Of a stretch of DNA of 64,000 nt, positions 53,893-64,000 are shown piece after piece. Origin of the DNA: Myxococcales bacterium. Its GTDB lineage: Bacteria; Myxococcota; UBA727; JABDBI01. The DNA lies in assembly GCA_023248545.1 (NCBI GenBank), contig JAHFEF010000002.1:14908-78907 (forward strand). Reading direction: 5' to 3'. Within the stretch, counting starts at the first letter, position 1. The number at the start of each line of letters is the position of its first letter. A program made the position numbers and the translations under genes. The notes beneath the pieces were generated by a model. The model saw only the letters and a list, made by a program, of their open reading frames with translations. It was not told the origin of the DNA and did not search any database.

Positions 53893-55128
53893 TTATCGAA
53901 TATAGTTCACCGCTGCGCTGCTAAATCCAGAGACCAAGCTACAGGCTTTTCCGGCGACTGCCTCGGCCTTAATTTTTCGAGTATCTGTCATTTGAACCAA
54001 CATGCAGCCCTGAATTGTGGACTCTTTTTGTAAAGAAATAGGTGTTGAAAAAGTCATATTATCCCAAGTTGAGCCATCTGCTTTTGCACCGTGAAACTTA
54101 ACCAAATCATATTTCACCAAACCCGTATCGACGGTCACTGTAGCAGGGTCGGGAGTACTGTTTTGGCTTGTAAACTGCGAAGCACCACCGGACCAATTTC
54201 CAATCGAAAGCACAAACCCTGTCGGATCCAAAAAATATGGTGCAAAAACCAAATGTGTCGTCCAATAGTCTGATTTTCCAGTGCCACTATAACCTGTCGT
54301 AGATCCATCTGCATTGGCCATAAACCAGGTTCCAATTAATTTACCATCGACGTCATAATCGATCTTGCCACTGCGTGGATCGGCCACACGAATATACTTG
54401 GCCAGAGCCTGTGCTTTGATGTCGTCACTGTAATAGTTGAGCGGATCAGCTGTATAGATTTTCCAACCTTCGCTGCTATAGTGTTCGGGAACAATAAACC
54501 CAGAGAGCACATTATCTGTGTCCCAAACAGCAAAATCAAGTGTCTGTCCGCCGATATAACCAATCACCTGACCGGCTTTCACCGCAAAGTTGTGATTGCT
54601 GGCATCATACCCAGCCTGTACATCTGGTGCCATGCTGGTTATCAAATCATAATAATAAAATAGTCGGCAACTGCTACTGAATATCAGTCGATGATCTGTA
54701 ATGGTCACAGCTTGATTGGGGCCTTGTCCCAGGTGTGTTCGCGTTTGAATATCCACCAACTGACCATCAGCCATCGCATAGACTGGATACGTGTCTGGCT
54801 TAGAATTAAAAACCATCGGCGAGAAATACTGATGATCCACCGGCGTCACGTGCCCATCCACCATTAATCCATACGGCAAAATAAACGCAAAATCCTGGGG
54901 ATTCATGGGCAAATGTGTAAATTTCGGCTTAGCAGTCCCTGTGCAAGCTCTATGGCTCAGTGTTTGGCCTGCTTGGTCTGCAACTTCAGGAGATTGTGTA
55001 CCAGAAGAAATTGTACCTGAAGATACTGCAACAGAAGATTGTGGACCATAGCTTTGGTTTCCACCCGATGTGCTACAGGCGGTCACGAACAGCCATAATA
55101 TTGAAAACCAGCTGAGTTGTTTATACAT
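53893..55128 (-). CDS. Hypothetical lipoprotein (411 aa)
   Basis: Signal plus lipobox VTAC, Ser/Gly-rich linker, no recognised catalytic motif. Confidence 0.45.
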   Translation of the reverse strand: MYKQLSWFSILWLFVTACSTSGGNQSYGPQSSVAVSSGTISSGTQSPEVADQAGQTLSHRACTGTAKPKFTHLPMNPQDFAFILPYGLMVDGHVTPVDHQYFSPMVFNSKPDTYPVYAMADGQLVDIQTRTHLGQGPNQAVTITDHRLIFSSSCRLFYYYDLITSMAPDVQAGYDASNHNFAVKAGQVIGYIGGQTLDFAVWDTDNVLSGFIVPEHYSSEGWKIYTADPLNYYSDDIKAQALAKYIRVADPRSGKIDYDVDGKLIGTWFMANADGSTTGYSGTGKSDYWTTHLVFAPYFLDPTGFVLSIGNWSGGASQFTSQNSTPDPATVTVDTGLVKYDLVKFHGAKADGSTWDNMTFSTPISLQKESTIQGCMLVQMTDTRKIKAEAVAGKACSLVSGFSSAAVNYIR

Positions 55129-55169
55129 GCACTGATTCTACATACGTTCTAAAGCGAATGCACGTTCGT

Positions 55170-55811
55170 TTAAGAAAACGATGCTTCTGTCTTTGCCTTC
55201 ACGTCATCCAAACTGACTCCTGGCATGAGTTCAAGCAATTTGAGCCCTTTGCCACGCTGAACTTCAAACACGCAAAGCTCTGTGACAATCAAATCGATGC
55301 AGGCCTTGCCTGTCAGAGGCAGCGTGCACTCACGCAAGATTTTAGGCTCGCCATTTTTACTCGTATGCTCCATGGCGACGATAATTCGAGGTGTACCCGC
55401 CACAAGATCCATGGCCCCACCCATGCCTTTGACTAATTTGCCCGGAATCATCCAGTTCGCAATATCGCCCTTTTCAGACACCTGCATGGCACCCAAAACC
55501 GTCAGGTCAATATGTCCGCCGCGAATCATCGCAAAAGAATCTGCCGACGAAAAATAAGAAGCGCCCGGGACTTCTGTCACCGTCTGTTTTCCAGCGTTGA
55601 CCAAATCAGGATCCACTTGGTCTTCATAGGGGAATGGACCCATGCCTAATAAACCGTTTTCACTTTGAAAAATAACTTCGATGCCCTCGGGGACATAATT
55701 GGCTACGAGTGTCGGCATGCCAATGCCCAAATTCACCACGTAGCCGTCTTTCAGTTCACGGGCAATGCGTTTAGCGATTTCGTACCGTGCGTTGTTCGAT
55801 CCATTTGTCAT
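55170..55811 (-). CDS. 3-oxoacid CoA-transferase subunit B
   Basis: 213 aa: [27 protein letters not shown] catalytic Glu region. Confidence 0.85.
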   Translation of the reverse strand: MTNGSNNARYEIAKRIARELKDGYVVNLGIGMPTLVANYVPEGIEVIFQSENGLLGMGPFPYEDQVDPDLVNAGKQTVTEVPGASYFSSADSFAMIRGGHIDLTVLGAMQVSEKGDIANWMIPGKLVKGMGGAMDLVAGTPRIIVAMEHTSKNGEPKILRECTLPLTGKACIDLIVTELCVFEVQRGKGLKLLELMPGVSLDDVKAKTEASFS

Positions 55812-56466
55812 AATGCTGGCCTTTGATAATGCGTTGGATATAAACGCCCGGAATGTGAATTTGATCCGGTTCTAATTCGCCGAGGTTCACTAATTCTTCG
55901 ACTTCAACAATCGTGATTTTGGCCGCGGCGCACATGACAGAGTTAAAATTTTGGGCCGTTTTTCGAAAAATCAAATTGCCAAACGGATCAGCCTTGTAAG
56001 CTTTAACAATCGCAACATCGGCTTTAAGCGCTTGTTCAAGCACATACTCTCGGCCATCAAACACACGAATCTCTTTGCCCCGAGCGACTTCAGTGCCAAC
56101 CCCAGTAGGGGTGTAAAATGCGGGGATGCCCGCGCCACCAGCCCGAATACGTTCAGCTAAGGTTCCCTGAGGCACCAGCTCGACGTCGAGTTCGTGATTT
56201 AAGAGCTGACGCTCGAACTCAGCGTTTTCGCCGACGTAGCTGGCTGTGATTTTCCGAATTTGTTTATTCTTCAGCAGGATGCCTAAACCTAAATCTGTGG
56301 TGCCGCAATTATTGCTAATCAAGCTTATTTCACGAGTGCCCTTCGCAGCCACGGCCTTGATTAAATTTTCTGGGTTGCCACACAGACCAAATCCGCCGGC
56401 CATTAGAACACAGCCGTCCTTTAAGTCAAAAATAGCTTCTTCGGCCGATTTAAAAACCTTGTTCAC
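55771..56466 (-). CDS. 3-oxoacid CoA-transferase subunit A
   Basis: 231 aa: [20 protein letters not shown]. Confidence 0.85.
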   Translation of the reverse strand: MNKVFKSAEEAIFDLKDGCVLMAGGFGLCGNPENLIKAVAAKGTREISLISNNCGTTDLGLGILLKNKQIRKITASYVGENAEFERQLLNHELDVELVPQGTLAERIRAGGAGIPAFYTPTGVGTEVARGKEIRVFDGREYVLEQALKADVAIVKAYKADPFGNLIFRKTAQNFNSVMCAAAKITIVEVEELVNLGELEPDQIHIPGVYIQRIIKGQHYDKWIEQRTVRNR

Positions 56467-57602
56467 CCGAACAACTCACGCGTAATAATCACTCGCTGAA
56501 TCTGGCTTGTGCCCTCGTAAATCTGCAAGATTTTGGCATCTCGCATCAGTTTTTCAACGGGATACTCTTTGTTAAAGCCATTGCCACCAAATACCTGTAC
56601 AGCGTCTGTTGCCACACGCATGGCCATATCGGCACAAAAGCGCTTCGCGTGCGCAGCTTGCAGCGTATTGCTTTGGCCTTTGTCGAGTCGGCTGGCGGCG
56701 TTCCAAGCTAAAAACCGGCCTGCTTCGATGTCCGTCGCCATGTCAGCGATCATAAACCCTATGCCTTGATGGTGCCACAAAGGCTTCCCAAAGCTTTTAC
56801 GTTCTCGGGCATATCTGATTGCGTGTTCCATGGCGGCGCGTGCCAAACCAACACCCGCAGCGCCCACCAAAGGCCGAGTATGATCAAAGGCTTTCATGGC
56901 AATCACAAAGCCGTCGCCTTCACGACCCAGCAAATTCTCAGCAGGCACTTCGACTTCTTCAAAAGTAACCGACCGGGTATCAGAAGCACATTGACCCATA
57001 TTGTGCTCTTTTTTACCCACACTCACACCGGGCAAATCTCTGGGTACTACAAACGCACTCATGCCTTTGTGGGCAGCGTTTTTGTCGGTTTTGGCCAAAA
57101 CAAAATACCAACGCGCATGGCCCGCGCCAGTGATCCACATTTTTTGACCGTTCAAAACATATTTGTCGCCTTTTTTGACGGCTGTCGCTTGGATCGCTGC
57201 GACGTCAGAGCCGGCATTGGCTTCTGTGACGGCATACGCACAAATATGATGCTCTTTGGAAAATGGGGAAAGCCACTTTTTCTTTTGGGCGTCGCTCCCG
57301 GCAATAATCACGGGCATTTGGCCCAGCGAGTTGGCTGTGATGGCTGTGGTAATGCCCATGCAGCCCCAGCTGAGTTCCTCTTCGATCAAACAACCATCGA
57401 GAGCACCCAGCCCGAGGCCACCGCAATCCGGCGGGATATGCACACTCAGCAGGCCCAGATCGAAAGCTTTTTTTAAGATATCCAAAGGCCATTCGCCAGT
57501 TTCGTCATAATGGCTGGCTTTGGGCCTGATTTCTTTTTCGGCAAAATCATGTGCCAGAGATTTTAGCTGTTTCTGCTCGTCACTCAGATCGAAGTTAATC
57601 AT
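56463..57602 (-). CDS. Acyl-CoA dehydrogenase
   Basis: Start placed at MINFDLSDEQKQL. Typical ACAD three-domain layout, catalytic Glu in YEGTSQIQ. Confidence 0.85.
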   Translation of the reverse strand: MINFDLSDEQKQLKSLAHDFAEKEIRPKASHYDETGEWPLDILKKAFDLGLLSVHIPPDCGGLGLGALDGCLIEEELSWGCMGITTAITANSLGQMPVIIAGSDAQKKKWLSPFSKEHHICAYAVTEANAGSDVAAIQATAVKKGDKYVLNGQKMWITGAGHARWYFVLAKTDKNAAHKGMSAFVVPRDLPGVSVGKKEHNMGQCASDTRSVTFEEVEVPAENLLGREGDGFVIAMKAFDHTRPLVGAAGVGLARAAMEHAIRYARERKSFGKPLWHHQGIGFMIADMATDIEAGRFLAWNAASRLDKGQSNTLQAAHAKRFCADMAMRVATDAVQVFGGNGFNKEYPVEKLMRDAKILQIYEGTSQIQRVIITRELFG

Positions 57603-57609
57603 GAGCCCT

Positions 57610-57972
57610 TTAATAACTCTTCTTCGGCACCAATACAACACCTGACTCAAAACCCGCTAAAATTGGGCGTAGAGTGGCACCCACAGTTGCCAGTGGAACA
57701 ACCAATTGTCTTTTCATGGGGGTTTGACACCGATCTTCCACGCCTGTGATATCGACCACATTGGCATCACAAATATTCACAAGCCCATTATTTTCGGTTC
57801 GTGCAAGAGCGCAATTAACTAAATGTAATTCAAAACGGTGTTCGAAACAGCCGCCTTGATATTGAATCTGGATCTCGAGCTGGTCTGCAGGTTGATTATA
57901 AGCAGCGTGCGTCACTTGTAACGCAAAAGCAAAACTACTTGTCAGCAATAAAAACATCACAAGCGCTTTCAT
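57610..57972 (-). CDS. Secreted hypothetical protein (120 aa)
   Basis: Signal peptide MKALVMFLLLTSSFAFA; 4 Cys. Confidence 0.4.
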   Translation of the reverse strand: MKALVMFLLLTSSFAFALQVTHAAYNQPADQLEIQIQYQGGCFEHRFELHLVNCALARTENNGLVNICDANVVDITGVEDRCQTPMKRQLVVPLATVGATLRPILAGFESGVVLVPKKSY

Positions 57973-58061
57973 GATTGACCTCTCTAGAGGTATTTCGGCA
58001 TCTCCTTGCCAAAAGTTGCGGGATGTGTTGTTTATTTCGCGACAAGACAGGAACCAGGTTC

Positions 58062-59549
58062 ATGACTGACTTTTCACACGACGTAATTATCATCGGCGGC
58101 GGTATCAATGGCGTTGGCATCGCCCGAGACTGCGCCCTGCGCGGCATCAAGACACTGTTAATTGAAAAGCATGATTTTGCCAAGGGAGCCTCTGGCAATA
58201 ACACGGGCATGATCCATGGAGGGATTCGATACCTGCGCTACGACGTTGGAACGACGAAATCTAGTTGCACAGACTCGGGTTATATTCAAAAAATTGCCGG
58301 GCATTTATTGCACCGAGTCCCCTTTTTGTTTCCGGTCATGAAAAGTGATTTTGGCGGACAATTTTTGCTGGAAGGCGCCGAGATTTTTTTCGAAGCCTAT
58401 GATCGATTTCAACCGCTCAAAAACGGAAAATCACATACACGGCTCACGCGTGAAGAGGCACTCGCACTGGAGCCAGGTTTATCACCGCATATTATTGGCG
58501 CTGTCACCCTCGATGAGTGGGCGATAGACTCCTATCGACTCACGGTCGAAAATGCCGTCGATGCGAAATTGGCTGGCGCAAAAGTGCGCAATTACTGTGA
58601 ATTCACGCGCTTTATTCAAGATTCCAAGCAACGCATCCGAGAAATTGAGTTTTATGATCACATTCACAAACGCCACGAACAACACGAAGCCAAGTGGATT
58701 ATTAATGCGACAGGTGCCTGGGGAGCGTCGATTTCAACCCAGACTCAAACACCCTACAAACTCAGGCCGGGCAAAGGCGTTCACGTGGTCTACCCACACA
58801 GAATTTCTAACTACGGCCTAATTATGAAAGCAATAGATGGCCGCCAGATGTTCTTCTTGCCTCACGGCCACACGACCTGGATAGGAACTACCGACGATGA
58901 CTATTACGGCGACTTGGATTCGCCACCAATTTTAGAGGATGAAATCGCTTATATTATTGAATCTGCTCGTTCAGTTTTTCCGTCGATCGACCCATATACA
59001 CCCGATCACAGCTACGTCGGCATTAGGCCCACACTCTACGAGTGGGGCAAAAATGAAGACGCCCTCACCCGAGAACACCTGATTGTTGATCACGACAACG
59101 GCCTATTCTCCGTGACCGGAGGCAAATTAGCTTCGTATCGAGAACTTTCTGAAGAAGTCACTGATCTGCTGGCTGAAAAACTAGGTATTCGAGCCCCGTG
59201 TGAAACCCATTCCCGATTATTGCCCGGATTTCACCCCGATCCTGCCACCGAAGAAGTCTGCTTGTGTGAGCATATCAGCAAAGAACAACTCACTTACAGC
59301 ATTCAGCACGAGATCGTCAGCCGGTTGAGTGACCTCCGGGGCCGATGCCACTTGGCCAAGGGCGCCTGTGGGGGCGCTCACTGTCTTTGGCGAGCCTCGC
59401 AGATCTTCGCTGAAGAAAAAAATTTGGATCCCAAGCAACAACTTGAAGAACTCAAGCATCTGCAAGATACTTGCACAAAAGAACGCGAGCCCGTCTTGAC
59501 CGGAGCCAATTTGGCACGTGAAGAATTGAGGCGGTTTTTAGGTCTCTGA
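58062..59549 (+). CDS. FAD-dependent glycerol-3-phosphate dehydrogenase (GlpA/GlpD family) with C-terminal BFD-like Cys cluster
   Basis: [17 protein letters not shown] dinucleotide fold. C-terminal [11 protein letters not shown]...[13 protein letters not shown]. Start moved to MTDFSHD. Confidence 0.8.
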   Translation: MTDFSHDVIIIGGGINGVGIARDCALRGIKTLLIEKHDFAKGASGNNTGMIHGGIRYLRYDVGTTKSSCTDSGYIQKIAGHLLHRVPFLFPVMKSDFGGQFLLEGAEIFFEAYDRFQPLKNGKSHTRLTREEALALEPGLSPHIIGAVTLDEWAIDSYRLTVENAVDAKLAGAKVRNYCEFTRFIQDSKQRIREIEFYDHIHKRHEQHEAKWIINATGAWGASISTQTQTPYKLRPGKGVHVVYPHRISNYGLIMKAIDGRQMFFLPHGHTTWIGTTDDDYYGDLDSPPILEDEIAYIIESARSVFPSIDPYTPDHSYVGIRPTLYEWGKNEDALTREHLIVDHDNGLFSVTGGKLASYRELSEEVTDLLAEKLGIRAPCETHSRLLPGFHPDPATEEVCLCEHISKEQLTYSIQHEIVSRLSDLRGRCHLAKGACGGAHCLWRASQIFAEEKNLDPKQQLEELKHLQDTCTKEREPVLTGANLAREELRRFLGL

Positions 59550-62099
59550 GGACCCCGTCTCTTCTCCACCTTCTTCACTCTCGGCAATGCGAGTCACAGC
59601 AATCACACGCTCCGAACTGTTTCGATCCACAGAAATTAATCGGACACCTTTGGTATTGCGACCAATCTCCGAAACATCCGAGGCTTTCATACGAATCAGC
59701 GTGCCTGCATCCGTGATAATCATCATGTTATCTTGCTCGCTGACTTGAATCGCTCCGCAAACGCGGCCATTGCGCTCATCGCACTTGATCGTAATCAGCC
59801 CAATGCCACCGCGGGTTTGCTTGCGATATTCAGCAATATCTGTACGCTTGCCATAGCCAAACTCCGTCACCGTGAGAATACTGGCCTTGTCGCCCAAGAC
59901 CTCCATGCTGACCACTTCGTCGCCAGCTCGAAGCGAAATTCCACGAACACCCGTTGCTTGACGTCCCATCGGCCGAACATCGGATTCCTCGAACCGAATG
60001 GCCATACCATCTTTGGTCGATAGGATTAGATCATGTTCGCCTTCAGTGATCTTGACGCTCACCAACTCGTCATCGTCTTCGATACCGCAGGCAATGAGGC
60101 CGGTGGAGCGGGGACTTGAGTAGGCAACTAAATCTGTCTTCTTGATTTTTCCCCGTTTTGTGGCCGTCACCACAAAGCATTTTTCTTCTTCGGTAGGGAA
60201 GTTTCGAACGGGCAAAATCGCCCGGACTTTTTCGTTTTCGGCCAGTTGGATCAGATTCACAATCGGGCGTCCCTTCGATTGCGGCCCGGCCATGGGAAGC
60301 TCATGCACTTTGACCCAAAATACGCGACCTAGGTTTGTAAACGCAAGCAAGTAAGCATGCGTGGACGCTGCAAACGCGTCTTCAATAAAATCTTCTTCCT
60401 TGGCTGCAACGGCCTGTTTGCCTTTGCCTCCACGTCTTTGAGAACGATAGTTTGAAAGCGGCGCCCGTTTGATATACCCATGGTGCGAAATGGTCACCAG
60501 CATGTCTTCTTCGGGAATCAAATCTTCGTCGGTCATCTCACCAACCCCCGCGATAATTACACTCCTTCGGGGATTCGAAAACTGCGTTCGGACTTCGATC
60601 AACTCGTTTTTGATAACCTGCATCAGGACTTTCAAATCGGCCAAAATTTCTTGCAGCCGAACAATCGTGTTAAGCAGTTCTTGACCTTCGATGAGCAATT
60701 TTTCGCGTTCGAGGCCCACCAACCGAGATAAACGCATTTCCAAAATGGCCGCAGCCTGCGTGTCATCCAATTGCGCAAAACCCTGCTTGAGCCAAATACC
60801 AATTTGTTCGGTGGGGGACGAGGCAAACAGAGCAATTTGATGGGCACTGCCAAATTTTTCTTGGCACAGCCGTGCTTTGGCTTCTTCTGTGTTGCTCGAG
60901 CTTCGAATGATCTCAATCACTCGATCGATGGCATCCAATGCCACCAAAAGAGAGGCTACGATGTGGAAACGCTTTTGGGCTTCGACTAACTCAAAACGGC
61001 TTCTGCGTGTGACGACTTCCCGTCTAAACGCGATGAACTCTTCCAACACTTCGCGTAGGCCCATCGTTTTGGGCTGGCCATGGACAATTGCCAGCATGTT
61101 GACGGGGTACGAGCTCTGGAGCGGCGTCAGTGTATAAAGCTGATTTAATATCACTTCGCCCATGGCATCGCGGCGTAGATCAATCGCAATGCGCATACCA
61201 TCTCGGTCGGACTCATCTCGAATGTCTGTAATGCCATCGATGCGCTTTTCGCGAACCAACTCAGCCACCCGTTCAAGCAGTCTGGCTTTGTTCACTTGGA
61301 AGGGAATCTCATCGATAATAATCTGCTGGCGCTTGGCTTTCTCGTTGAACTCGACAACGGCTTTGCCGCGCATAATAATCGATCCGCGGCCCGTTTCGAT
61401 CGCTGACCTAGAACCCGCCGTGCCACAAATAAAGCCACCCGTTGGAAAATCGGGGCCTGGCACCATATGAAACAATGCGGCCTTATCGACCACGGGACCA
61501 TTTTCATATTTTTCGGCAATAATCGCCAAACAGGCCGTGACAATTTCACTCAGATTATGCGGTGGGCATCGGGTTGCCATGGCAACGGCAATCCCCTCAG
61601 ACCCGTTGACCAACAAATTAGGAATCCGAGAAGGCAGGACCAGGGGCTCTTCAACCGTGCCGTCGAAATTCGGAATAAAATCGACCGTATTCTTTTCAAT
61701 ATCACGCAAGAGCTCTTCGGCAATCTTCGCCAAACGCGCTTCTGTATAACGATACGCAGCGGCCGGGTCTCCGTCGACGCTGCCAAAATTACCCTGACCA
61801 TCGATTAACAACTCGCGCATGTTCCAGGGCTGGGCCATACGAACCAATGCTTCATAGACGGGCATATCGCCGTGGGGATGATATTTCTTAAGAACTTCCC
61901 CCACCACACCGGCGCACTTGCTGAATTTTCTAGAAGAAAGCAGGCCTTCAGAAAACATCGCGTACAAAATTCGGCGGTGAACTGGCTTCAAACCGTCTCG
62001 TACATCAGGCAGCGCGCGCCCGATAATCACACTCATCGAATAATCACGGAAAGACGTACGCAGTTCTTCTGCAATACTGACGGAAACGATATCTGACAT
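59538..62099 (-). CDS. gyrA: DNA gyrase subunit A
   Basis: 853 aa. Active-site Tyr region, GyrA box QRRGGKG, beta-pinwheel C-terminal repeats. Confidence 0.9.
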   Translation of the reverse strand: MSDIVSVSIAEELRTSFRDYSMSVIIGRALPDVRDGLKPVHRRILYAMFSEGLLSSRKFSKCAGVVGEVLKKYHPHGDMPVYEALVRMAQPWNMRELLIDGQGNFGSVDGDPAAAYRYTEARLAKIAEELLRDIEKNTVDFIPNFDGTVEEPLVLPSRIPNLLVNGSEGIAVAMATRCPPHNLSEIVTACLAIIAEKYENGPVVDKAALFHMVPGPDFPTGGFICGTAGSRSAIETGRGSIIMRGKAVVEFNEKAKRQQIIIDEIPFQVNKARLLERVAELVREKRIDGITDIRDESDRDGMRIAIDLRRDAMGEVILNQLYTLTPLQSSYPVNMLAIVHGQPKTMGLREVLEEFIAFRREVVTRRSRFELVEAQKRFHIVASLLVALDAIDRVIEIIRSSSNTEEAKARLCQEKFGSAHQIALFASSPTEQIGIWLKQGFAQLDDTQAAAILEMRLSRLVGLEREKLLIEGQELLNTIVRLQEILADLKVLMQVIKNELIEVRTQFSNPRRSVIIAGVGEMTDEDLIPEEDMLVTISHHGYIKRAPLSNYRSQRRGGKGKQAVAAKEEDFIEDAFAASTHAYLLAFTNLGRVFWVKVHELPMAGPQSKGRPIVNLIQLAENEKVRAILPVRNFPTEEEKCFVVTATKRGKIKKTDLVAYSSPRSTGLIACGIEDDDELVSVKITEGEHDLILSTKDGMAIRFEESDVRPMGRQATGVRGISLRAGDEVVSMEVLGDKASILTVTEFGYGKRTDIAEYRKQTRGGIGLITIKCDERNGRVCGAIQVSEQDNMMIITDAGTLIRMKASDVSEIGRNTKGVRLISVDRNSSERVIAVTRIAESEEGGEETGSSET

Positions 62100-62116
62100 A
62101 GGCGATTAAGCTACCA

Positions 62117-62536
62117 TCAAATCCCGCTGACCACCAGCCTATAACTTCCAGAAATTGGCTTCGCCTGTGGGTGCCAAAATACCCAGATTGTGACGTCCTG
62201 GGTGTCATTGAGGCCAGACGTACCCACCAGCTCATAATAGGTTTTGTCGCAGTTGCGCTCGCTTTGGAAAGGCCGCATGAGCACACACAACTGCAAACCT
62301 GGCGGAGCGGACTCCAAACGGATCCTGGCATGAAACGAATCTTCCCAGACAATATCGTGAGCACAAGACTTATCTTCGATTCGAATTTGATACGTGTGAA
62401 TCGTATCTAAATTTTGTGGCAACAACGCCGCGTGTTCCAGTGAGTTGGGATAGCTTGAGCACTTGTCCCCAATTATGCCCAAGTTGGTAGGCAACGCACT
62501 CATCGCCGCCCCGGCAATCATCAGAAGAAGATCCAT
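62117..62536 (-). CDS. Secreted hypothetical protein (139 aa)
   Basis: N-terminal signal-like segment MDLLLMIAGAAMSALPTNLG; 6 Cys. Confidence 0.35.
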   Translation of the reverse strand: MDLLLMIAGAAMSALPTNLGIIGDKCSSYPNSLEHAALLPQNLDTIHTYQIRIEDKSCAHDIVWEDSFHARIRLESAPPGLQLCVLMRPFQSERNCDKTYYELVGTSGLNDTQDVTIWVFWHPQAKPISGSYRLVVSGI

Positions 62537-62574
62537 CAGCCTATATAGTCACAGCTCACCCGTTTTGTTCGATT

Positions 62575-63717
62575 CTACACAGACATCATGATCACAGTGA
62601 CCAACAACGTCGCGAACACGGGCGTCTTAACAAACCGAAAGCCAAAAAGCTTATGAGCAATATTGACGATGGAGAGCACAATCAGCGCAGGGTAACAGGC
62701 AACAATCACTGGTACGATGAGACTCATCAACGTCGAAAACCCAAGATTGGCCATGGCCCCACTGGCAATCGTCGTCATGATTAAACAAGACAAGTAGCTC
62801 ATCTGGCCTCTAAAAATGCTTTTTTGCAAATACTCGGCGAACACGGTGGTCAGCGCCAGCGCTGTCACCAAGCAAGAAACTGCCACGGTCGCATTGGTCA
62901 GCATGCCACCATGAGGGCCTAAAATATAAGGCGCCAAAGCATTGAGCAATTCATAGCGATTGATATCCGCGACGCTCGGACCATGAAACGCAGCGACCAA
63001 ACAAAAGCCTGCATAAACAATGCCTAACAAAACAGCACCCACGCAACCTGCTTTCAAACCTTCGATCGCAAGCTGTTGATAGGTCGCATGTTCGCCAAGA
63101 CCCTTCTTGAGGCTGCTCAAGATCAAGCCAGCAAAAAAGATCGTTGCCAGCAGATCCATGGTCCCATAGCCTTCAACGACGCCTTTCAACAAAGCATCGC
63201 TCGGAGTCATGTCTATGTACGCTGGGGTACCGTGAACCCAAAAGATACCCACGATAATAATGCTCAGCAAAAGCGTGAGCTTCAGCGGCCCTAAGAATTT
63301 GCCAATCAAGTCCACCACCGAATTTTTTCGCAGGGCAAACAAAAACACAATCATAGCAGCCATGATACTGAAATAAAACAGTGAGAAATCGGGGAAATAC
63401 CATTTGGTGGCTGCATAGGCCGTATTCATGCATCGAGGAATCGCTCCGAAGGGCCCAATCAAAATCATGCAAACGGCCGCCACGATTGCCCCGGGAACGG
63501 CTCCGACACGACCCAAAAACTTTCGATAATCCCCATCATAAAGAACGGTAGAGACGAGACCCAAAAGGGGCACTAAAACAGCGGTTAAACAAAAGCCTGT
63601 CACAGCCCAACCCACCGTACTGCCAGCTTCTCTGCCCAAGGCCAAAGGAAACACCACGTTGCCTGCTCCAAACAACATGGCAAACATCGCGATACCGGCT
63701 GATATTGTTCTAGACAT
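62575..63717 (-). CDS. brnQ: Branched-chain amino acid transport system II carrier (LIVCS/BrnQ)
   Basis: 380 aa, 12 TM. N-terminus MSRTISAGIAMFAMLFGAGNVVFP is the typical BrnQ start. Confidence 0.85.
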   Translation of the reverse strand: MSRTISAGIAMFAMLFGAGNVVFPLALGREAGSTVGWAVTGFCLTAVLVPLLGLVSTVLYDGDYRKFLGRVGAVPGAIVAAVCMILIGPFGAIPRCMNTAYAATKWYFPDFSLFYFSIMAAMIVFLFALRKNSVVDLIGKFLGPLKLTLLLSIIIVGIFWVHGTPAYIDMTPSDALLKGVVEGYGTMDLLATIFFAGLILSSLKKGLGEHATYQQLAIEGLKAGCVGAVLLGIVYAGFCLVAAFHGPSVADINRYELLNALAPYILGPHGGMLTNATVAVSCLVTALALTTVFAEYLQKSIFRGQMSYLSCLIMTTIASGAMANLGFSTLMSLIVPVIVACYPALIVLSIVNIAHKLFGFRFVKTPVFATLLVTVIMMSV

Positions 63718-63741
63718 AGACCGTGTTGCGTAGCACGTAGA

Positions 63742-64000
63742 TCAACTCAACGCAACCAGCCCCGGTAATTCTAATCCCTGAATATATTCCAGACTGGCCC
63801 CACCTCCGGTAGAAATATGCGAAATTTTGTCGGCCACGCCTGCTTTGTGCAAAGCCGCAATCGAATCTCCGCCTCCGACCACACTGAAAGCCTCACTCTC
63901 AGCAATAGCCTTAGCAATCCCAAAAGTCCCTTTGAAACCCGCCTCCCATTCGAACAGGCCCAGCGGTCCATTCCAAAAGACAGTTTTGGCAAAATGAATC
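63742..64000 (-). CDS. pgk: Phosphoglycerate kinase, C-terminal fragment (gene continues beyond window end)
   Basis: My minus-strand translation gives ...[83 protein letters not shown], the Pgk C-terminal consensus. Confidence 0.75.
   Translation of the reverse strand, partial: IHFAKTVFWNGPLGLFEWEAGFKGTFGIAKAIAESEAFSVVGGGDSIAALHKAGVADKISHISTGGGASLEYIQGLELPGLVALS

Noticed and set aside
63771-63992. Minus-strand 73-aa ORF at the window end
   Set aside because: A different frame on the same strand translates to the highly conserved Pgk C-terminus ([11 protein letters not shown]...[11 protein letters not shown]). The 73-aa ORF is a frame artefact.
1-64000. CRISPR arrays, rRNA genes, transposases/integrases
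   Set aside because: No regularly spaced direct repeats, rRNA-like stretches, or transposase/integrase-like translations seen. The only repeats found are the two copies of the roughly 40 bp palindromic element and the tandem FG-GAP protein repeats.

Overview
This 64 kb window reads as a gene-dense chromosomal region (about 50% GC) from a Gram-negative bacterium. From the gene content (tol-pal/ybgF, many secreted Cys-rich proteins and peptidases) I suspect a Bdellovibrio-like deltaproteobacterium, but that is an inference, not a lineage call. Most of it is core housekeeping. Present are:
- gnd-like 6PGDH (5' part) and a bifunctional transaldolase/PGI
- ychF, recG, greA, an IPMDH/ICDH-family dehydrogenase, mutL-miaA
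- tRNA-Gln directly abutting prs
- guaA, orn, queT-tgt, a peroxiredoxin, an NhaP-type antiporter, pepP, pssA
- pal-ybgF, a DagK-family kinase, rluA-family, yidC plus a Jag-like gene
- gltX-ndk, trmL, apaH, pepA, rho, a PNP, a Kv-type K+ channel, an M16 peptidase, a CPBP protease, panB
- scoAB plus an ACAD, glpA-like, gyrA, brnQ, and the 3' end of pgk

Accessory or unusual content I would follow up:
1. A tightly coupled minus-strand operon tail: an AddB-like Fe-S PD-(D/E)XK nuclease, a PqqD-family peptide chaperone, an unannotated 39-aa ORF with a PqqA-like WTKP leader and a C-terminal Ser, and a Pol-beta-type nucleotidyltransferase. This is a candidate undescribed RiPP-like or peptide-tagging system.
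2. A type III PKS translationally coupled to a tri-domain FAAL-ACP-flavin amine-oxidase/desaturase-like protein.
3. An AT-rich islet encoding a signal-peptide Hint-domain protein fused to a GH19 lysozyme/chitinase-like domain, followed by a secreted candidate immunity protein.
4. A roughly 40 bp palindromic element inserted in-frame in two unrelated CDSs, in the manner of Rickettsia RPEs.
5. A vapBC-like toxin-antitoxin pair.
6. Several small Cys-rich secreted proteins, including a Cys-rich module inside Pal.

No CRISPR array, rRNA, transposase or integrase was recognised. All calls come from reading the six-frame translations and the raw sequence; no database search was run.
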